Positions 11,757 to 22,018 of a stretch of 64,000 nt of DNA are shown piece after piece. The stretch is from a virus: positions 9,488 through 73,487 of the IMG/VR virus record IMGVR_UViG_3300018432_000014; one strand, given 5' to 3'. Numbering within the stretch: position 1 is the first letter of the stretch; every line of letters begins with the position of its first letter. Below the pieces are notes generated by a model, which ran no database searches, had not been told where the DNA came from, and saw nothing but the letters and a program-made list of their open reading frames with translations. Both the position numbers and the translations under genes were made by a program.

Positions 11757-12776
11757 ATGAGCGAGCCTCTAGGAATGCCGATCGCAGCAATCAGTCCTGA
11801 GAGGTGGGAAGCCATCTGCGAGATCTACCAGCACCACGCCGGGCCGAGCTTGCACGCCGCTCGCGACTTGGGTTGGCCCGCGGCGAGAACGCGACGAGTC
11901 TGGAATCGAGGCTATCCGTCGCAAGGCTTGCCCCCGGTCAAGACGGTGGTCGCGTCGACGGCCGAGAAGGTCGCTGCGATCCGAGCGGGTCGAGCTGAGA
12001 TCGAAGCGAGAGAGCGGGCGCAGAGCGAGGCGATGACTCGACCGAGCGATGCAGACGAGGCGGTCGAGCGCGCGGGGCACAACGTCGAGGTCGTGCAACC
12101 GGCAGAGCAACGTCGCATCGAGATGATGTTGCGACGAGAGAGCGACAGAGAGAAAGCCAGACAGGATGCGATCAAGAGTCGGTCTGAAGAAGCGGCCCTT
12201 GTCTCGCATGCCAGGCGCAACTCGCTCGCACTCAACGTCGTCACGGCTCAGATACTGCGCGGCGCGCAAGCGCTCGCAGGTCGGATACAACTGCAGCTCG
12301 AGAGAGAAGCGACGTCCGACAAGCCACTCACGATCGCAGAGCAGCTCGCACTCGTGCGACAGGCTGCAGCGATCGCTCGCTTCAACAGCGAGGCCGCAAT
12401 GATGGCGGTCAAGACCGAGCGCATGGTGCTCGGCACGAGTGAGCAAGCCGAGTCGAGCGAGCCGAATGGCTCGCTCGAAGAAGCCGCGCAATGGATCGAG
12501 TCGTCGGTCAAGGCAGTGCAACGCGCCAGACAGCGAGGCATGCTCGTGATCGTCGCGGGCGAGCAGACGCCGACGGTCGCGCACGGGCGTGTGGCCCCGG
12601 GGCCACAACCATCCCAGCTACCCGAGGATGCGACCGAGCCCGACGACGATGATGATGATGAGAGCGAGGGCGAGCGGGCCGAGCTGCCGACCGCGAAGGA
12701 ACAAGCCAAGCTCGGCGGGCCGAGCGACGAAGTGCTTCGAGCCAGAGTGCGAAAGCTCACGATGAGAAGCGTCTGA
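11757..12776 (+). CDS. Probable terminase small subunit
   Basis: N-terminal HTH-like segment, helical middle, acidic tail; lies upstream of TerL. Confidence 0.5.
   Translation: MSEPLGMPIAAISPERWEAICEIYQHHAGPSLHAARDLGWPAARTRRVWNRGYPSQGLPPVKTVVASTAEKVAAIRAGRAEIEARERAQSEAMTRPSDADEAVERAGHNVEVVQPAEQRRIEMMLRRESDREKARQDAIKSRSEEAALVSHARRNSLALNVVTAQILRGAQALAGRIQLQLEREATSDKPLTIAEQLALVRQAAAIARFNSEAAMMAVKTERMVLGTSEQAESSEPNGSLEEAAQWIESSVKAVQRARQRGMLVIVAGEQTPTVAHGRVAPGPQPSQLPEDATEPDDDDDDESEGERAELPTAKEQAKLGGPSDEVLRARVRKLTMRSV
12589..12608. promoter_or_regulatory. 20-bp palindrome family, copy 3 (intragenic)
   Basis: GTGTGGCCCCGGGGCCACAA. Confidence 0.65.
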
Positions 12777-12812
12777 GTAACATGCACCCTCCGGTGTGTG
12801 TTATACTTGAGC

Positions 12813-13505
12813 ATGATACGTCGACGAAGTCGCAAGACGGGCGGCAGCTCAAGAGTCGCCATCGCATACCTACGAGTCTCGACCTCGGATCAACGCGTCG
12901 AGCAACAGCGTGACGCGATCGAGCGTTGGGCTGCGGCGTCGGGCGTCACGGTGGTCGCGTGGTGCGAGGACATCGGCGTGTCGGGTGCAGCACCCATCGA
13001 CGAGCGACCGGGCTTGCTCGAGGCGCTCGCAGCCTTGCGTGAGCACAAGGCAGGTGTGCTCGTCGCGGCGAAGCGAGACCGACTCGCTCGAGACGTAGCG
13101 ACCGCGGCGGCGATCGAACGGTTGACCATTGAGGCCGGCGCTCGAGTCGTGACGAGTGACGGCCTCGACTCGAGCGACACGCCAGAGGGCGCGTTGATCC
13201 GGGCGATCATCGACGCGATGAGCCAATACGAGCGAGCGCTGATCCGAGCGCGCACGAAAGCCGCGCTGCGAGCGAAAGCCGCTCGAGGGGAACTATGCGG
13301 CGAGGCGCCTTTCGGTTTTCGCGCTCGAGAGGGCAAGCTCGTCGAGGATCCGGCCGAGCAACGAGCGCTGCGCAGCATGCGGGAACACCGAGCGGCGGGA
13401 ATGACGCAACACGCGATCGTCGCCAAGCTCACGGCCGAAGGACACAAGCCGCGCGGCGCGCGATGGCATGCGACCACGATCGGGCGACTCGTCAGAGACA
13501 TCTGA
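12813..13505 (+). CDS. Serine recombinase (resolvase domain plus short recombinase DNA-binding domain)
   Basis: AYLRVST, D.GVSG...RPGL, KRDRLARD, C-terminal RGARWHATTI; TATACT -10 five nt before the ATG. Confidence 0.9.
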   Translation: MIRRRSRKTGGSSRVAIAYLRVSTSDQRVEQQRDAIERWAAASGVTVVAWCEDIGVSGAAPIDERPGLLEALAALREHKAGVLVAAKRDRLARDVATAAAIERLTIEAGARVVTSDGLDSSDTPEGALIRAIIDAMSQYERALIRARTKAALRAKAARGELCGEAPFGFRAREGKLVEDPAEQRALRSMREHRAAGMTQHAIVAKLTAEGHKPRGARWHATTIGRLVRDI

Positions 13506-15588
13506 TAACGTCGACGTCGTGACTGATGACGCACACACCCATACGCGCGCGCGCATAGAAGGCACCCCTTCGAAAAGAGGCCGGCCTCGCATACGGGTGA
13601 AACGGGCGCCAGAGCACACCCCTGCGAGCCCGGCGACAAGCCCCGTCGAACGGCGCCCCTTAGACACCCCGGTGCCGACCCTAGGCGTCGACGACAGGGC
13701 CGGCTTTGAAGGGCTGCTATCTCAGGGCACCCCTACGCTAGAGGGCGACAGCGAGGCGCAGAGGAGCCCTGATGCAGAGGGCGCTCACGACGAGCACGGC
13801 GCTCAAGGGCAGGGGCTCGGGCCTAGCGCACACGTCGGGGACACCGATGTGCGCAGAGCATCCGACATGGAGGGGGGCGGGGGTTTTTCTCCACTTTTCT
13901 CCCCCTCTGAAATGCAGCCCTGCCAATCTCCTACGATCGATCAAAAAATCTCGGAATCGGCCGATCAAAAAATCTCGGAATCGATCGATCAAAAAATTCC
14001 AAAACTAGGGGTTGAGTCGGTTGAGTCGGTTGAGTCGGTTGAGCTGCAAACCTCGGTTGCGTCGGTTGCGCCGCACGACGAAGCCCCGCTCAGCGATCAA
14101 GAAGTCGCCATTTCGCTCAAGCAACGTGCGGCCGAGGCGCGTGCTCAACTGCACGAGCTGTGTCGGCAAGACATCAACGCGTTTGCCGAGTACGTGCTCA
14201 AAGACGACGAGACCGGGCTGCCGCTAGAGCAGGCGGATTTCCATGTGCGCGCGCAGCACGCGCTGACCGAGCACCGGCAGATCGTCGTGATGTCGCATCC
14301 CGAATCGGGCAAGACGACGAACATCGCGGTGGGTCGTGTGCTTTGGGAGCTGGGGCGCAATCCGAATCTGCGCGTGATGCTGCTTTACAACGCCGAAGAC
14401 TCAGCGGCGAAGACGCTCGGTGCGATCAAGCGCTACATCGAGACGAGCCGCGAGCTACACGCGGTATTCCCATTACTAAAACGCGGGTCGATCTGGAAAG
14501 ACGATCAGATTTTCGTGCAGCGCTCCGCTTACGATCGGAACCCGTCGATCGTCGCGGTCGGATACAACTCGAGGCGCATCGGCGGTTCGCGTGTTGACCT
14601 ACTGATCGTCGACGACTTGCTCGATGCGATCGTGACGGCGACCGAGGCGCAGCGGCGCAAGCTTTCATCGTGGGTCAAGAACACGGTCTTTACCCGTCTG
14701 TCGGCGAATGCTCTCGTCGCGTTTCTGACGAATGCGTGGCACCCGCGTGATCTCGCGCATGAGCTGATCAAAGAGCGCGGTTGGTTTCTCATCTGCCGAC
14801 CGATACGCAATCCAGACGGCACGATTTCGTGGTCGCGTTGGACCGAAAAGCGACTCAAGCAAAAGCGCAAAGACTTGGGTCCGCTCGAGTACGCTCGATC
14901 GTTCGAGTGCAATCCGCGCGACGATGAGGCGCGCGTGTTTCGGCCCGAGCACATCGAGCAAGCGCTCAAAGCGGGTAAGGGGTACGGGTTTCTGTCGGGC
15001 ATCGATGTGATGCCGCAAAACTGCCTGATCGTGACGGGCATCGATCTCGCGGCGGGCGACGACACGAAAACGAAGGGCGCGCGGACCGTCTTGTCGAGCG
15101 TGTTCTTTCATCCCAACCAGCAACGGCAGCTCGTGCGCATGCGCTCGGGTCGCTGGCGTGCCCGGCAGATCCTCGATCATGTCGCGGCGGTCGGGCAGCT
15201 GTTCCCGACCAACCATTGGATCGTCGTCGAGAACAACGGTGTGCAGCGTTACATTTTGGATCTCGCGCACGAGAACGGTGTCGACGTCGGCGTGGCCCTC
15301 GTGCCATTCACGACGGGCCGCAACAAGGCCGATCCCCGATTCGGGATCGCCTCACTCGCCGCCGAGTTCGAGGGCCGCCGATGGATCCTGCCGAGCGACT
15401 GCGATGCCGACGATCAAGAGGAGGTCGAGGGCCTCGTCTCTCAGCTCATCGACTACGTGCCGGAGGCCCATACAGGGGATAGACTTATGGCTACGTGGTT
15501 CGCGCGCGAGATCGGCCGGCGCATCTTTGCCCGGTTTTTCGGCAGCGGGCGTTTTTACTCGGGCTCGTCTGTACGCGCTATCGGTTAG
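13468..15588 (+). CDS. terL: Terminase large subunit (true start uncertain, possibly 13867 or later)
   Basis: Walker A-like SHPESGKTT, Walker B LLIVDD, TNAWH..D, nuclease GIDLA, VENNG.Q, C-terminal D..MA.W. Confidence 0.88.
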   Translation: MRPRSGDSSETSDNVDVVTDDAHTHTRARIEGTPSKRGRPRIRVKRAPEHTPASPATSPVERRPLDTPVPTLGVDDRAGFEGLLSQGTPTLEGDSEAQRSPDAEGAHDEHGAQGQGLGPSAHVGDTDVRRASDMEGGGGFSPLFSPSEMQPCQSPTIDQKISESADQKISESIDQKIPKLGVESVESVESVELQTSVASVAPHDEAPLSDQEVAISLKQRAAEARAQLHELCRQDINAFAEYVLKDDETGLPLEQADFHVRAQHALTEHRQIVVMSHPESGKTTNIAVGRVLWELGRNPNLRVMLLYNAEDSAAKTLGAIKRYIETSRELHAVFPLLKRGSIWKDDQIFVQRSAYDRNPSIVAVGYNSRRIGGSRVDLLIVDDLLDAIVTATEAQRRKLSSWVKNTVFTRLSANALVAFLTNAWHPRDLAHELIKERGWFLICRPIRNPDGTISWSRWTEKRLKQKRKDLGPLEYARSFECNPRDDEARVFRPEHIEQALKAGKGYGFLSGIDVMPQNCLIVTGIDLAAGDDTKTKGARTVLSSVFFHPNQQRQLVRMRSGRWRARQILDHVAAVGQLFPTNHWIVVENNGVQRYILDLAHENGVDVGVALVPFTTGRNKADPRFGIASLAAEFEGRRWILPSDCDADDQEEVEGLVSQLIDYVPEAHTGDRLMATWFAREIGRRIFARFFGSGRFYSGSSVRAIG
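13938..14045 (+). repeat. 3 x 24-bp direct repeat (CGATCAAAAAATCTCGGAATCG..) then 4 x GGTTGAGTC
   Basis: Units at 13938, 13962, 13986; 9-mers from 14010. Confidence 0.85.
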
Positions 15589-15614
15589 TGTTCCGGCCGT
15601 GGTATGTGTCCCGG

Positions 15615-17826
15615 ATGAACGCGCCGATCAAGCCCGTCGACACGAGTACACTCGAGGGGTACGTCGCGCAAGCCGCGAGCCTGATCGTCTCGCGCCGGGC
15701 AGAGACGGCCGAGGATTGGCGACTGCTCTTCATTTGGTTGCTCGGTTTCAGCTCGGGGCATGTGCTGCGATTGCGCGCGATGCTCAAGCAAGGCCGCTTG
15801 AATGATCCGGCTGCGATCGAGGCCGCGCTCGACGAGCTGCAGGTCGAGCTAGAGCAGATCCGAAAGGCGCATCTATGAGCGCCAAACCTGAATCGACGGT
15901 CGAGGCGGACGGCGGCAAGCGCACGCTCTCGATCTTTTACAAAGAGCTGCCCGATGGTCACGACGTCACGGTCTACCGCATGGCGCTCGGGCGCGCGCGC
16001 ATCTGTCTGGGTTGGGTCGACGACGAGGTCAACGTGCTCGATGCGTATTGCTACGACGATCCGGCGCTTGCCTGCGTGGCGGCCGAGCGTTGGTCGGGCG
16101 AGGGCGATCCGATCGATGGCTGGACCCGACACATCAACTCGGGTCGCAGGCGAATCGATGGCGACCCGAACAAAGAGAGCGTGCGTTGGTGATGGCGCTT
16201 GGCCCTGGAAAATACGATCACATCTGCACTCGGATCATGGAGGTGTACGGCGCGGAGGTCGCGATGGCGATCGTAGTCGGCGGTACCAACGGGACCGGGT
16301 TTAGCTGTCAGTTTCGGATCGGCTCGCGCGACGAGCTGCCTGATGTCGTGAGTGCTGCAGTGCATGCGCTTCGCACCGTGGCCGACGAGATCGAGGCCGA
16401 CGCATCTCGAGGATTAGCCGATGCATGACAATTGGTTCGAGATGATCGAGCTGGTGCGTGTGGATGAAGCCGACTCTAGATCAAGTGAATGAAGTGTTCT
16501 TATGGCTTGTATTCATGCGAGTTCTGCGCGGCATGCCGCCCGTCGATCTCGAGACCGTTTTACTTGGGGGATTTGCGTTGATGGTAGTCGCGTTGTCTCA
16601 TGCGGTGAGATCCAAATGTTAGCGGTGAGAGTATGACGCGGCGTCAATGCAAACTATGCCCGTGGAAGGTGTCGACCGATCCGCTCGACATACCGGGCGG
16701 CTACGAGGTCGCGTTGCACGAGCATCTACGTAGGACGATCGCCGATCGCGCTCGATTCGAAGATCTGTTGAGCGACAAGCCTCTGCGCATCATGGCGTGT
16801 CACGAGAGCAATCCAGATCGCCCGATCCCGTGCGTGGGTTGGCTCGTGAATCAACTCGAGCGGAACAACTTGCCGCTGCGGTTTGCGATGATCAAGGGTC
16901 GGATTGATTGCGACGTCGAGTTGGTCGGTCCGCAGCACGAGAACTTCGAAGACACTTTGCCAAAGAGGCGTACTTGATTGATCGCAACCGGGCTCTCGAC
17001 ATTTCGAACGACGTCGATTGCTTTCTGAAAGAGCTGTGCGCGCGCTACCCCGAGTACGCGATCCTCGTCGTGGTCGCGGACCTCGACGATGGCAACGTGT
17101 TCGTGACTACGCCCGTAGTCGCAGAGACGACGGCTGTATTACTTCGCGCTGCAGCAAACCAGATGCTCAACACGCCTATCGATCTAAGTGATAACGACGA
17201 GGTTAGTTAGATGCCGATGCTGCGAATGCTAATGAAACCAGATGAGGTCAACTCGTATCTCCTCGAGCATCATTTGACCCGGGGCTACGCGACGATCGAC
17301 GTCGCGTTGATGCAGAGCGGCGGTATGGGCAGCGGACAACCGGCCGTGTTGCTCGTGCTCGAGGTCGACGGGCGAAAGGTTGTCGCCAAGACGTCGCTGC
17401 AGATCCTCGAGACGATGACGAGCGCGATGTGCGCCGCGTCGGGCGTGAAACGAGCGCCATGAGTGAGGTCGGCAAGCGCTTGCTCGCAGCGGTCGGCGTG
17501 TTGTCACTCGCGCCGATCATCTTGCCGCGCGTCGAGCTGAATACGACTCAAGCGTTCGGTTTCGGTTGGTGTTGCGCGTGCCTCGTCGTGTTCGGTCGCA
17601 TCGTCCGCCCGGTCGAGAAGCGATGACGCCGGGGGAACATGTTCGGCAAGTCGAGCACGCTCGCGAATGCGTGATTTCGGCGCTCGTGTGCATTGAGCAG
17701 CGCGAGTTCATCGGCGCTTTCATTCTGTCGGCTGCCGCGGTTGTTGCGCTGTCGCATGTCGTCGGCAAAGCCGGGCTTGGCGCCGCTCGAGTGATCGTGG
17801 CAAAAGAGTTCAGCTCGCGCGCATGA
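15615..17826 (+). other. Cluster of small hypothetical genes, including short hydrophobic peptides
   Basis: Coupled ORFs at 15615, 15875, 16192, 16464, 16633, 16974, 17211, 17459, 17623. Confidence 0.6.
16633..16977 (+). CDS. Cys/His metal-binding protein (DUF6283-like)
   Basis: C..CPW, MACH, C.GWL pattern. Confidence 0.6.
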   Translation: MTRRQCKLCPWKVSTDPLDIPGGYEVALHEHLRRTIADRARFEDLLSDKPLRIMACHESNPDRPIPCVGWLVNQLERNNLPLRFAMIKGRIDCDVELVGPQHENFEDTLPKRRT

Positions 17827-18037
17827 GTCGCAGTCGGCGGCGTATCGTGCCGACCGAGCAACCGAGTCGCAGCGCAAGTTGCACGGCTGTCATTTGCCCG
17901 GTGAGCACGCGTGCGAGATCGCTCGGCTGAATCACGAGCGTCGGTCGACCGACGTGCACGCCATTCGCCCGAGCTTTGCGAATGCCCTTTTTCGTGGCAT
18001 CGGAGATCGCGTTTCGGCATTGGTCGCAGATGCTCAT
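17810..18037 (-). CDS. Stand-alone resolvase-type helix E plus HTH domain
   Basis: ISDATKKGIRKARANGVHVGRP followed by HTH (AVQLALRLGCSVGTIRRRL). Confidence 0.65.
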   Translation of the reverse strand: MSICDQCRNAISDATKKGIRKARANGVHVGRPTLVIQPSDLARVLTGQMTAVQLALRLGCSVGTIRRRLRLMRAS

Positions 18038-18636
18038 GATCCGGATGCTTTGCGATACGATGGAGCGTGAGTGTTGATCGGGTCGTGTTCCCTTACCAAG
18101 CCGAAGACCTCGGCTCGGTCAACGCTCACTTGCTTGCGCGCGCGCCGAGTCGCGAGCGTGAGCGCCCGGATGCAGGCGCGATGCTTCGTGCTGCCGTGGC
18201 GTAGCGGCTGCAGTGGTGACGGGCAGTGCTCGTAATCGCACCAATGCAGGGTCCTCGGCTTGGGCTCTCGAGGCCGCAGCCGAGCACGAGCCTCGGCTAC
18301 GGCAGCTCGTGCGCGCGCGGCCCGCATTTCGGCCAGTCGCGCCGCTCGGGCTGCCATGATGTCGTCGTGAGCAAGCACGCGTTGCAACTCGACGATTGCG
18401 AGCCGCTTGGCCCTGCCTGCGGCCTCGGGCGTGTCACCGAGTAGCTCACCAGCCTCGGCCGCAGTGAAGCCGCCTAGCGCCAGCCAGAGGGCACGACGGG
18501 CCCCTTCTGACAGGCGCCGGAGCGTCGAGTAGAAGTGCAGCGCATCCTCGGGCGACAGGCTTTCACGCCACGTCGACCCGAGAGATGCGATGGCGAGCGG
18601 TGGTCTGATGCGCATGAGGACCCTGATCCACGTCAC
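18034..18636 (-). CDS. Sigma-70 region 4-like (ECF-type) HTH protein with Cys/His tail
   Basis: LRRLSEGARRALWL..GGFTAAEAGELLG.T....GR...RA...L. Confidence 0.55.
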   Translation of the reverse strand: MTWIRVLMRIRPPLAIASLGSTWRESLSPEDALHFYSTLRRLSEGARRALWLALGGFTAAEAGELLGDTPEAAGRAKRLAIVELQRVLAHDDIMAARAARLAEMRAARARAAVAEARARLRPREPKPRTLHWCDYEHCPSPLQPLRHGSTKHRACIRALTLATRRARKQVSVDRAEVFGLVREHDPINTHAPSYRKASGS

Positions 18637-21193
18637 GACTTGTCGGCTTGTTCACTCTCGAGCTGCGCCAGATGGTTTTTTAGCATGGCGATTTGGCTAA
18701 GCCGATCGATCGAAGACGAGTGATAGACGCTATCGAGGCGATGGTCTGTGATCAGCAACAGAAACGACTCGGTTCTGTAGAGCATCTGCATCACGGTGTC
18801 CGAGATCGCGCGCAACTTGCTTGAGAGAGCATCTGGACTGTCGGGCTCGTGCGAGCTGGTAGACTTGCCTTCTTTGCGGATGAGCCATTCGTTGATCTGT
18901 CGGATGCGGTTGACCGGATACGCTCGCGGGTGATCGGCCGCCTGAACGTGCGCGAGAGCTGCGACGAGTAGCTCGTCGATGAGAATGGTCTCCATGCCAA
19001 ATTCCTCACCCGCGAGGCTGGCGATCTTCTGTGCACGGACGATCGTCTCGTTGAAATCCTCGGGGGCGCGCCCGAGGATCGCGTTGACGTAGTCGTCTTT
19101 TGCATTCGGGCGCCAGAGCTTTCGCTTGCTCATGACGACTGCTCCGGCACCTTGATCGGCATCGGTCCCATAGGCCCGACCTTCGCATCACGATTGCGCT
19201 CGTCGTGCTTGTCGAGCAACTCGAGGGCCTTGCGTACGCGATCGGGATCGCTCTGGATCAACTCCTCGAGCTGCAGCGATGCGATCTGCGTTTTGATCTC
19301 GGCGATCGAGGCTTCGTGCTCGCGTTGCTTCGCGGTCAGTAGCTCGATCTCGCGAGCGGCGTTGCGCGGCTCGGCTGCGATGACAGCCACTCGTGTCCGT
19401 GGTCGATACGCGCGCTCGCGTGGCGCTCGAGGCGCTCGAGGCGCTCGAGCTGTTCCCGTGCGAGCTTTGGGTTTGGCAGTAAAGTACGCCTCGGCTTCGC
19501 GGTCGAGCGCGATGCGCTCGCTCTGGCTCAACGCGGTTCGGCTGATCGCCTGCTTCGCGATCCCGACCGTTGCGTAGGTGCCGGACGTGATCTTCGCGTG
19601 CATGGTCTTGAACGTCATGAGTGGCTTGCTCTTCATGGCTTGCTCTTTTCGGTTGAGTTGGACTCGGGGTTACGATTGTTGCTCGGTGAGTTGTCGCGCC
19701 AGCGTTGCAGCGCTTCGTCTTCGGTCGTGCCGCGACCGGGGGCTCGATACGAATCGTCTCTTGACGAGACCATGCTGCATGCACACCAAGCCGCGAAGTT
19801 GCCGCCCGCTTCGCGCACGACGGTGACAGCGTGCGCGCATCGCGGACAGCGGGCTTTCATGACTTGCGGTGCTTCTTGCCTGGCTTCTTGGGCCGCGCAC
19901 TCTCGATCCTCGAGAGCGTCTCGACGAACGTAGCGTGAGCGAGTTTGGCATCAGCGATGCTTGAGGTTGCGATCGAGCTTTCCTCGGACGGTAGCCATTC
20001 GGCGGCGTTGAGCACGCGGGTCTCGAATACGAATCGACCGCGACCGACGCTGCTATCGACGCCAGTCCAGATCGTCGAGACGCAAATTTCGCCGATCATG
20101 GTCGACTCGATCTGAGTGTAACTTTTGTCCGCGTGCAGCTCGCGCCACGTCTCGAAGTCGATCGGGATGAGGTCGCGATCGTAGAAGTCGAGCGTGCTCG
20201 TGCGCTTCAACTCTGAGCTGATCCGTTTGACCTCTCGCTCGAAGAGAGTCGCGGGTTGAGCCGCAGCCGCCTCGGTTTCGCACAATAGCTCGAGACCGCC
20301 GAAGATCGTCGAGTCGCGCATACGACTGTGTTCCAATTCGTTGAGGTAGCCTCGAGTCACAACCAGGATGTCGGGCGAATCGGGTTCGAAAAACTCTTCG
20401 AATGCGGATTCGACCGCAGCCTCTCGCGATCCGAACATGTCTTGCAGGGTCGGCAGCCCAAGCCCGCCGAGTGGGCCTCGCTCGTGCTGCTCCCACCGAT
20501 CGATCCTCTCGGATGCGAGGATGCGCGCGCGTTGCTCGGTGAGGTCGACGAAAATGCGATCGCCTACCTCGGGCGTGTGTTGCGGTCTGTAGTCGGGTTG
20601 TAATCGCGCCGGCTCGGCTTCGACCACCATCAGATCGCCAGACATCGAGGGGATCTCGATCGGCACTGCACCATCGCGACTGTTCCAAAGCGACTCGCGT
20701 TGCCCGTCTTCGCTGACGTAGGTGACGAAGCAATAGGCCAACGAGTGCTTGTGCCGCCCGCGAATCATTTCGCGCTCACGCGGGCACCGACGTTGTGCAT
20801 CGTCTCGACGCGCACGATGCCGCGCGTTTTCGGCGCGTCTCCGCAGAGCGAGCGATACTCGTCAACCCACGGGCCGAAATGCAGGGTCCGCTCGTTTTCG
20901 ATCCGAGCTTGCACGTGCGTGTAACGCGTAAAGCGCTCGACGCTCATCTGCAGCATGAATCGCGCTCGCGGCATCGAATGCCAGACGATCACCGGCGCGT
21001 TGTCGGGATAGGCGCTCTGCAGCACGGCATCATCGGTCTCGATCCACGCGTGCGCGAATCGGACGCCGTTCATTACGCAGATGCCATGCACGAGATAGAA
21101 CCGCTCACGCATGGCGTGCGGTACGTCAGTCATGAAATCGAGCGTGTCGTCGAAGCAGGTGTGCGTCGGCCGCAGAGTGTGCATGTCGCGCAC
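18633..21193 (-). other. Leftward operon of five hypothetical genes (18633-19133, 19130-19636, 19633-19860, 19857-20768, 20765-21193)
   Basis: ATGA-coupled minus-strand ORFs. Confidence 0.65.
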
Positions 21194-21245
21194 CGTACGG
21201 CAGTGGACACAGCCGCGACAACCGGCTTCTTTCAGCTAACCCATA

Positions 21246-21261
21246 GTCCCGTATGCGGGAC
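21246..21261. promoter_or_regulatory. Class II operator, perfect GTCCCG-TATG-CGGGAC
   Basis: Perfect 6-bp arms; motif recurs more than 10 times. Confidence 0.7.
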
Positions 21262-21262
21262 G

Positions 21263-21294
21263 ATCGGTTACGTGAGGCGCCTCACGTAACCGAT
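21263..21294. repeat. Perfect 32-bp palindrome ATCGGTTACGTGAGGCGCCTCACGTAACCGAT
   Basis: Self-reverse-complementary with no loop. Confidence 0.9.
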
Positions 21295-21338
21295 GATCGC
21301 TCGATGTCCTCGAATCGGGACTAGAATTCTTGCGAGTC

Positions 21339-21365
21339 GACACGAGCCCCGCTCGGGCTCGTGTC
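21339..21365 (-). terminator. Stem-loop downstream of ORF 21384-21659
   Basis: GACACGAGCCC-CGCTC-GGGCTCGTGTC; no clear U tract. Confidence 0.4.
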
Positions 21366-21383
21366 TCATCGGCAGATTTCAAA

Positions 21384-21659
21384 TCAGCGGCTCGTGTGCC
21401 TGCAGGATTCCGTTGCGCCCCGCGCTATCGAGTCGCTGTCGCCAAGCTTGAGAATGACGGCGCGTTGATGGTCCTCATGAAAGATGCCGACGCTGTAGCT
21501 GAGCGAGCGCAGAGCACATGCGCGAGCGTTGCTCTCGTTGCCGGCTGCCAAGCATCGCTCGGCATCGTCGAGGCAGAGTCGCGCGCTCGAGGCCATCGCG
21601 GCGCCGTTGCTGACGTGCTTGCGTGCGAGGTCGAGAATCTGCGAGGTCGAGGTCGTCAT
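21384..21659 (-). CDS. Small hypothetical protein (class I cassette gene)
   Basis: GGAG SD; downstream of class I promoter 21709-21747. Confidence 0.6.
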   Translation of the reverse strand: MTTSTSQILDLARKHVSNGAAMASSARLCLDDAERCLAAGNESNARACALRSLSYSVGIFHEDHQRAVILKLGDSDSIARGATESCRHTSR

Positions 21660-21708
21660 CTGAGAGGCTCCGGGTCGGTCGGTCGCGGTGTGCGACCTGA
21701 CAACTCAC

Positions 21709-21747
21709 ATCCTAGCTCGGTCTTTGAAAAGCGCTAGCGGTATTTCA
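21709..21747 (-). promoter_or_regulatory. Class I promoter/operator, copy 1
   Basis: TGAAATACCGCTAGCGCTTTTCAAAGACCGAGC-TAGGAT. Confidence 0.85.
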
Positions 21748-21757
21748 CAAGTGCGCG

Positions 21758-21973
21758 TTACTCTGCAGGAACCTCGATCGGCAATCCGAGCCGCTGTCGC
21801 ATGTAGTACGAGAGCGTCAAGTTGAGCGCGCGAGCTTCTTTCTTCAGCTGCGCCTTCTCGCTGACGGTCAACCCGATGAAAGCCGGAGAGCCCTTGCGTT
21901 TTTTGCCGAGACGCGGTCGACCCGCGCCCTCACGTGCTCCGCCTTGTCCGGCGTGAGCGATTTTCTTAGTCAT
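21758..21973 (-). CDS. Small DNA-binding protein (GGAREGAGRP motif plus RHH-like)
   Basis: AT-hook-like GRP motif, then LT.SEKAQLKKEA...LTLSYYMRQR. Confidence 0.65.
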   Translation of the reverse strand: MTKKIAHAGQGGAREGAGRPRLGKKRKGSPAFIGLTVSEKAQLKKEARALNLTLSYYMRQRLGLPIEVPAE

Positions 21974-21978
21974 GCTCA

Positions 21979-22018
21979 ACCCTGGATCGTGCCAATGAAA
22001 AGCGCAAGCGGTATTTCA
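21979..22018 (-). promoter_or_regulatory. Class I promoter/operator, copy 2 (divergent)
   Basis: TGAAATACCGCTTGCGCTTTTCA...CAGGGT, 5 nt, ATG 21973. Confidence 0.7.

Noticed and set aside
12813-13505. IS607-family element
   Set aside because: No N-terminal MerR-type HTH and no adjacent TnpB.
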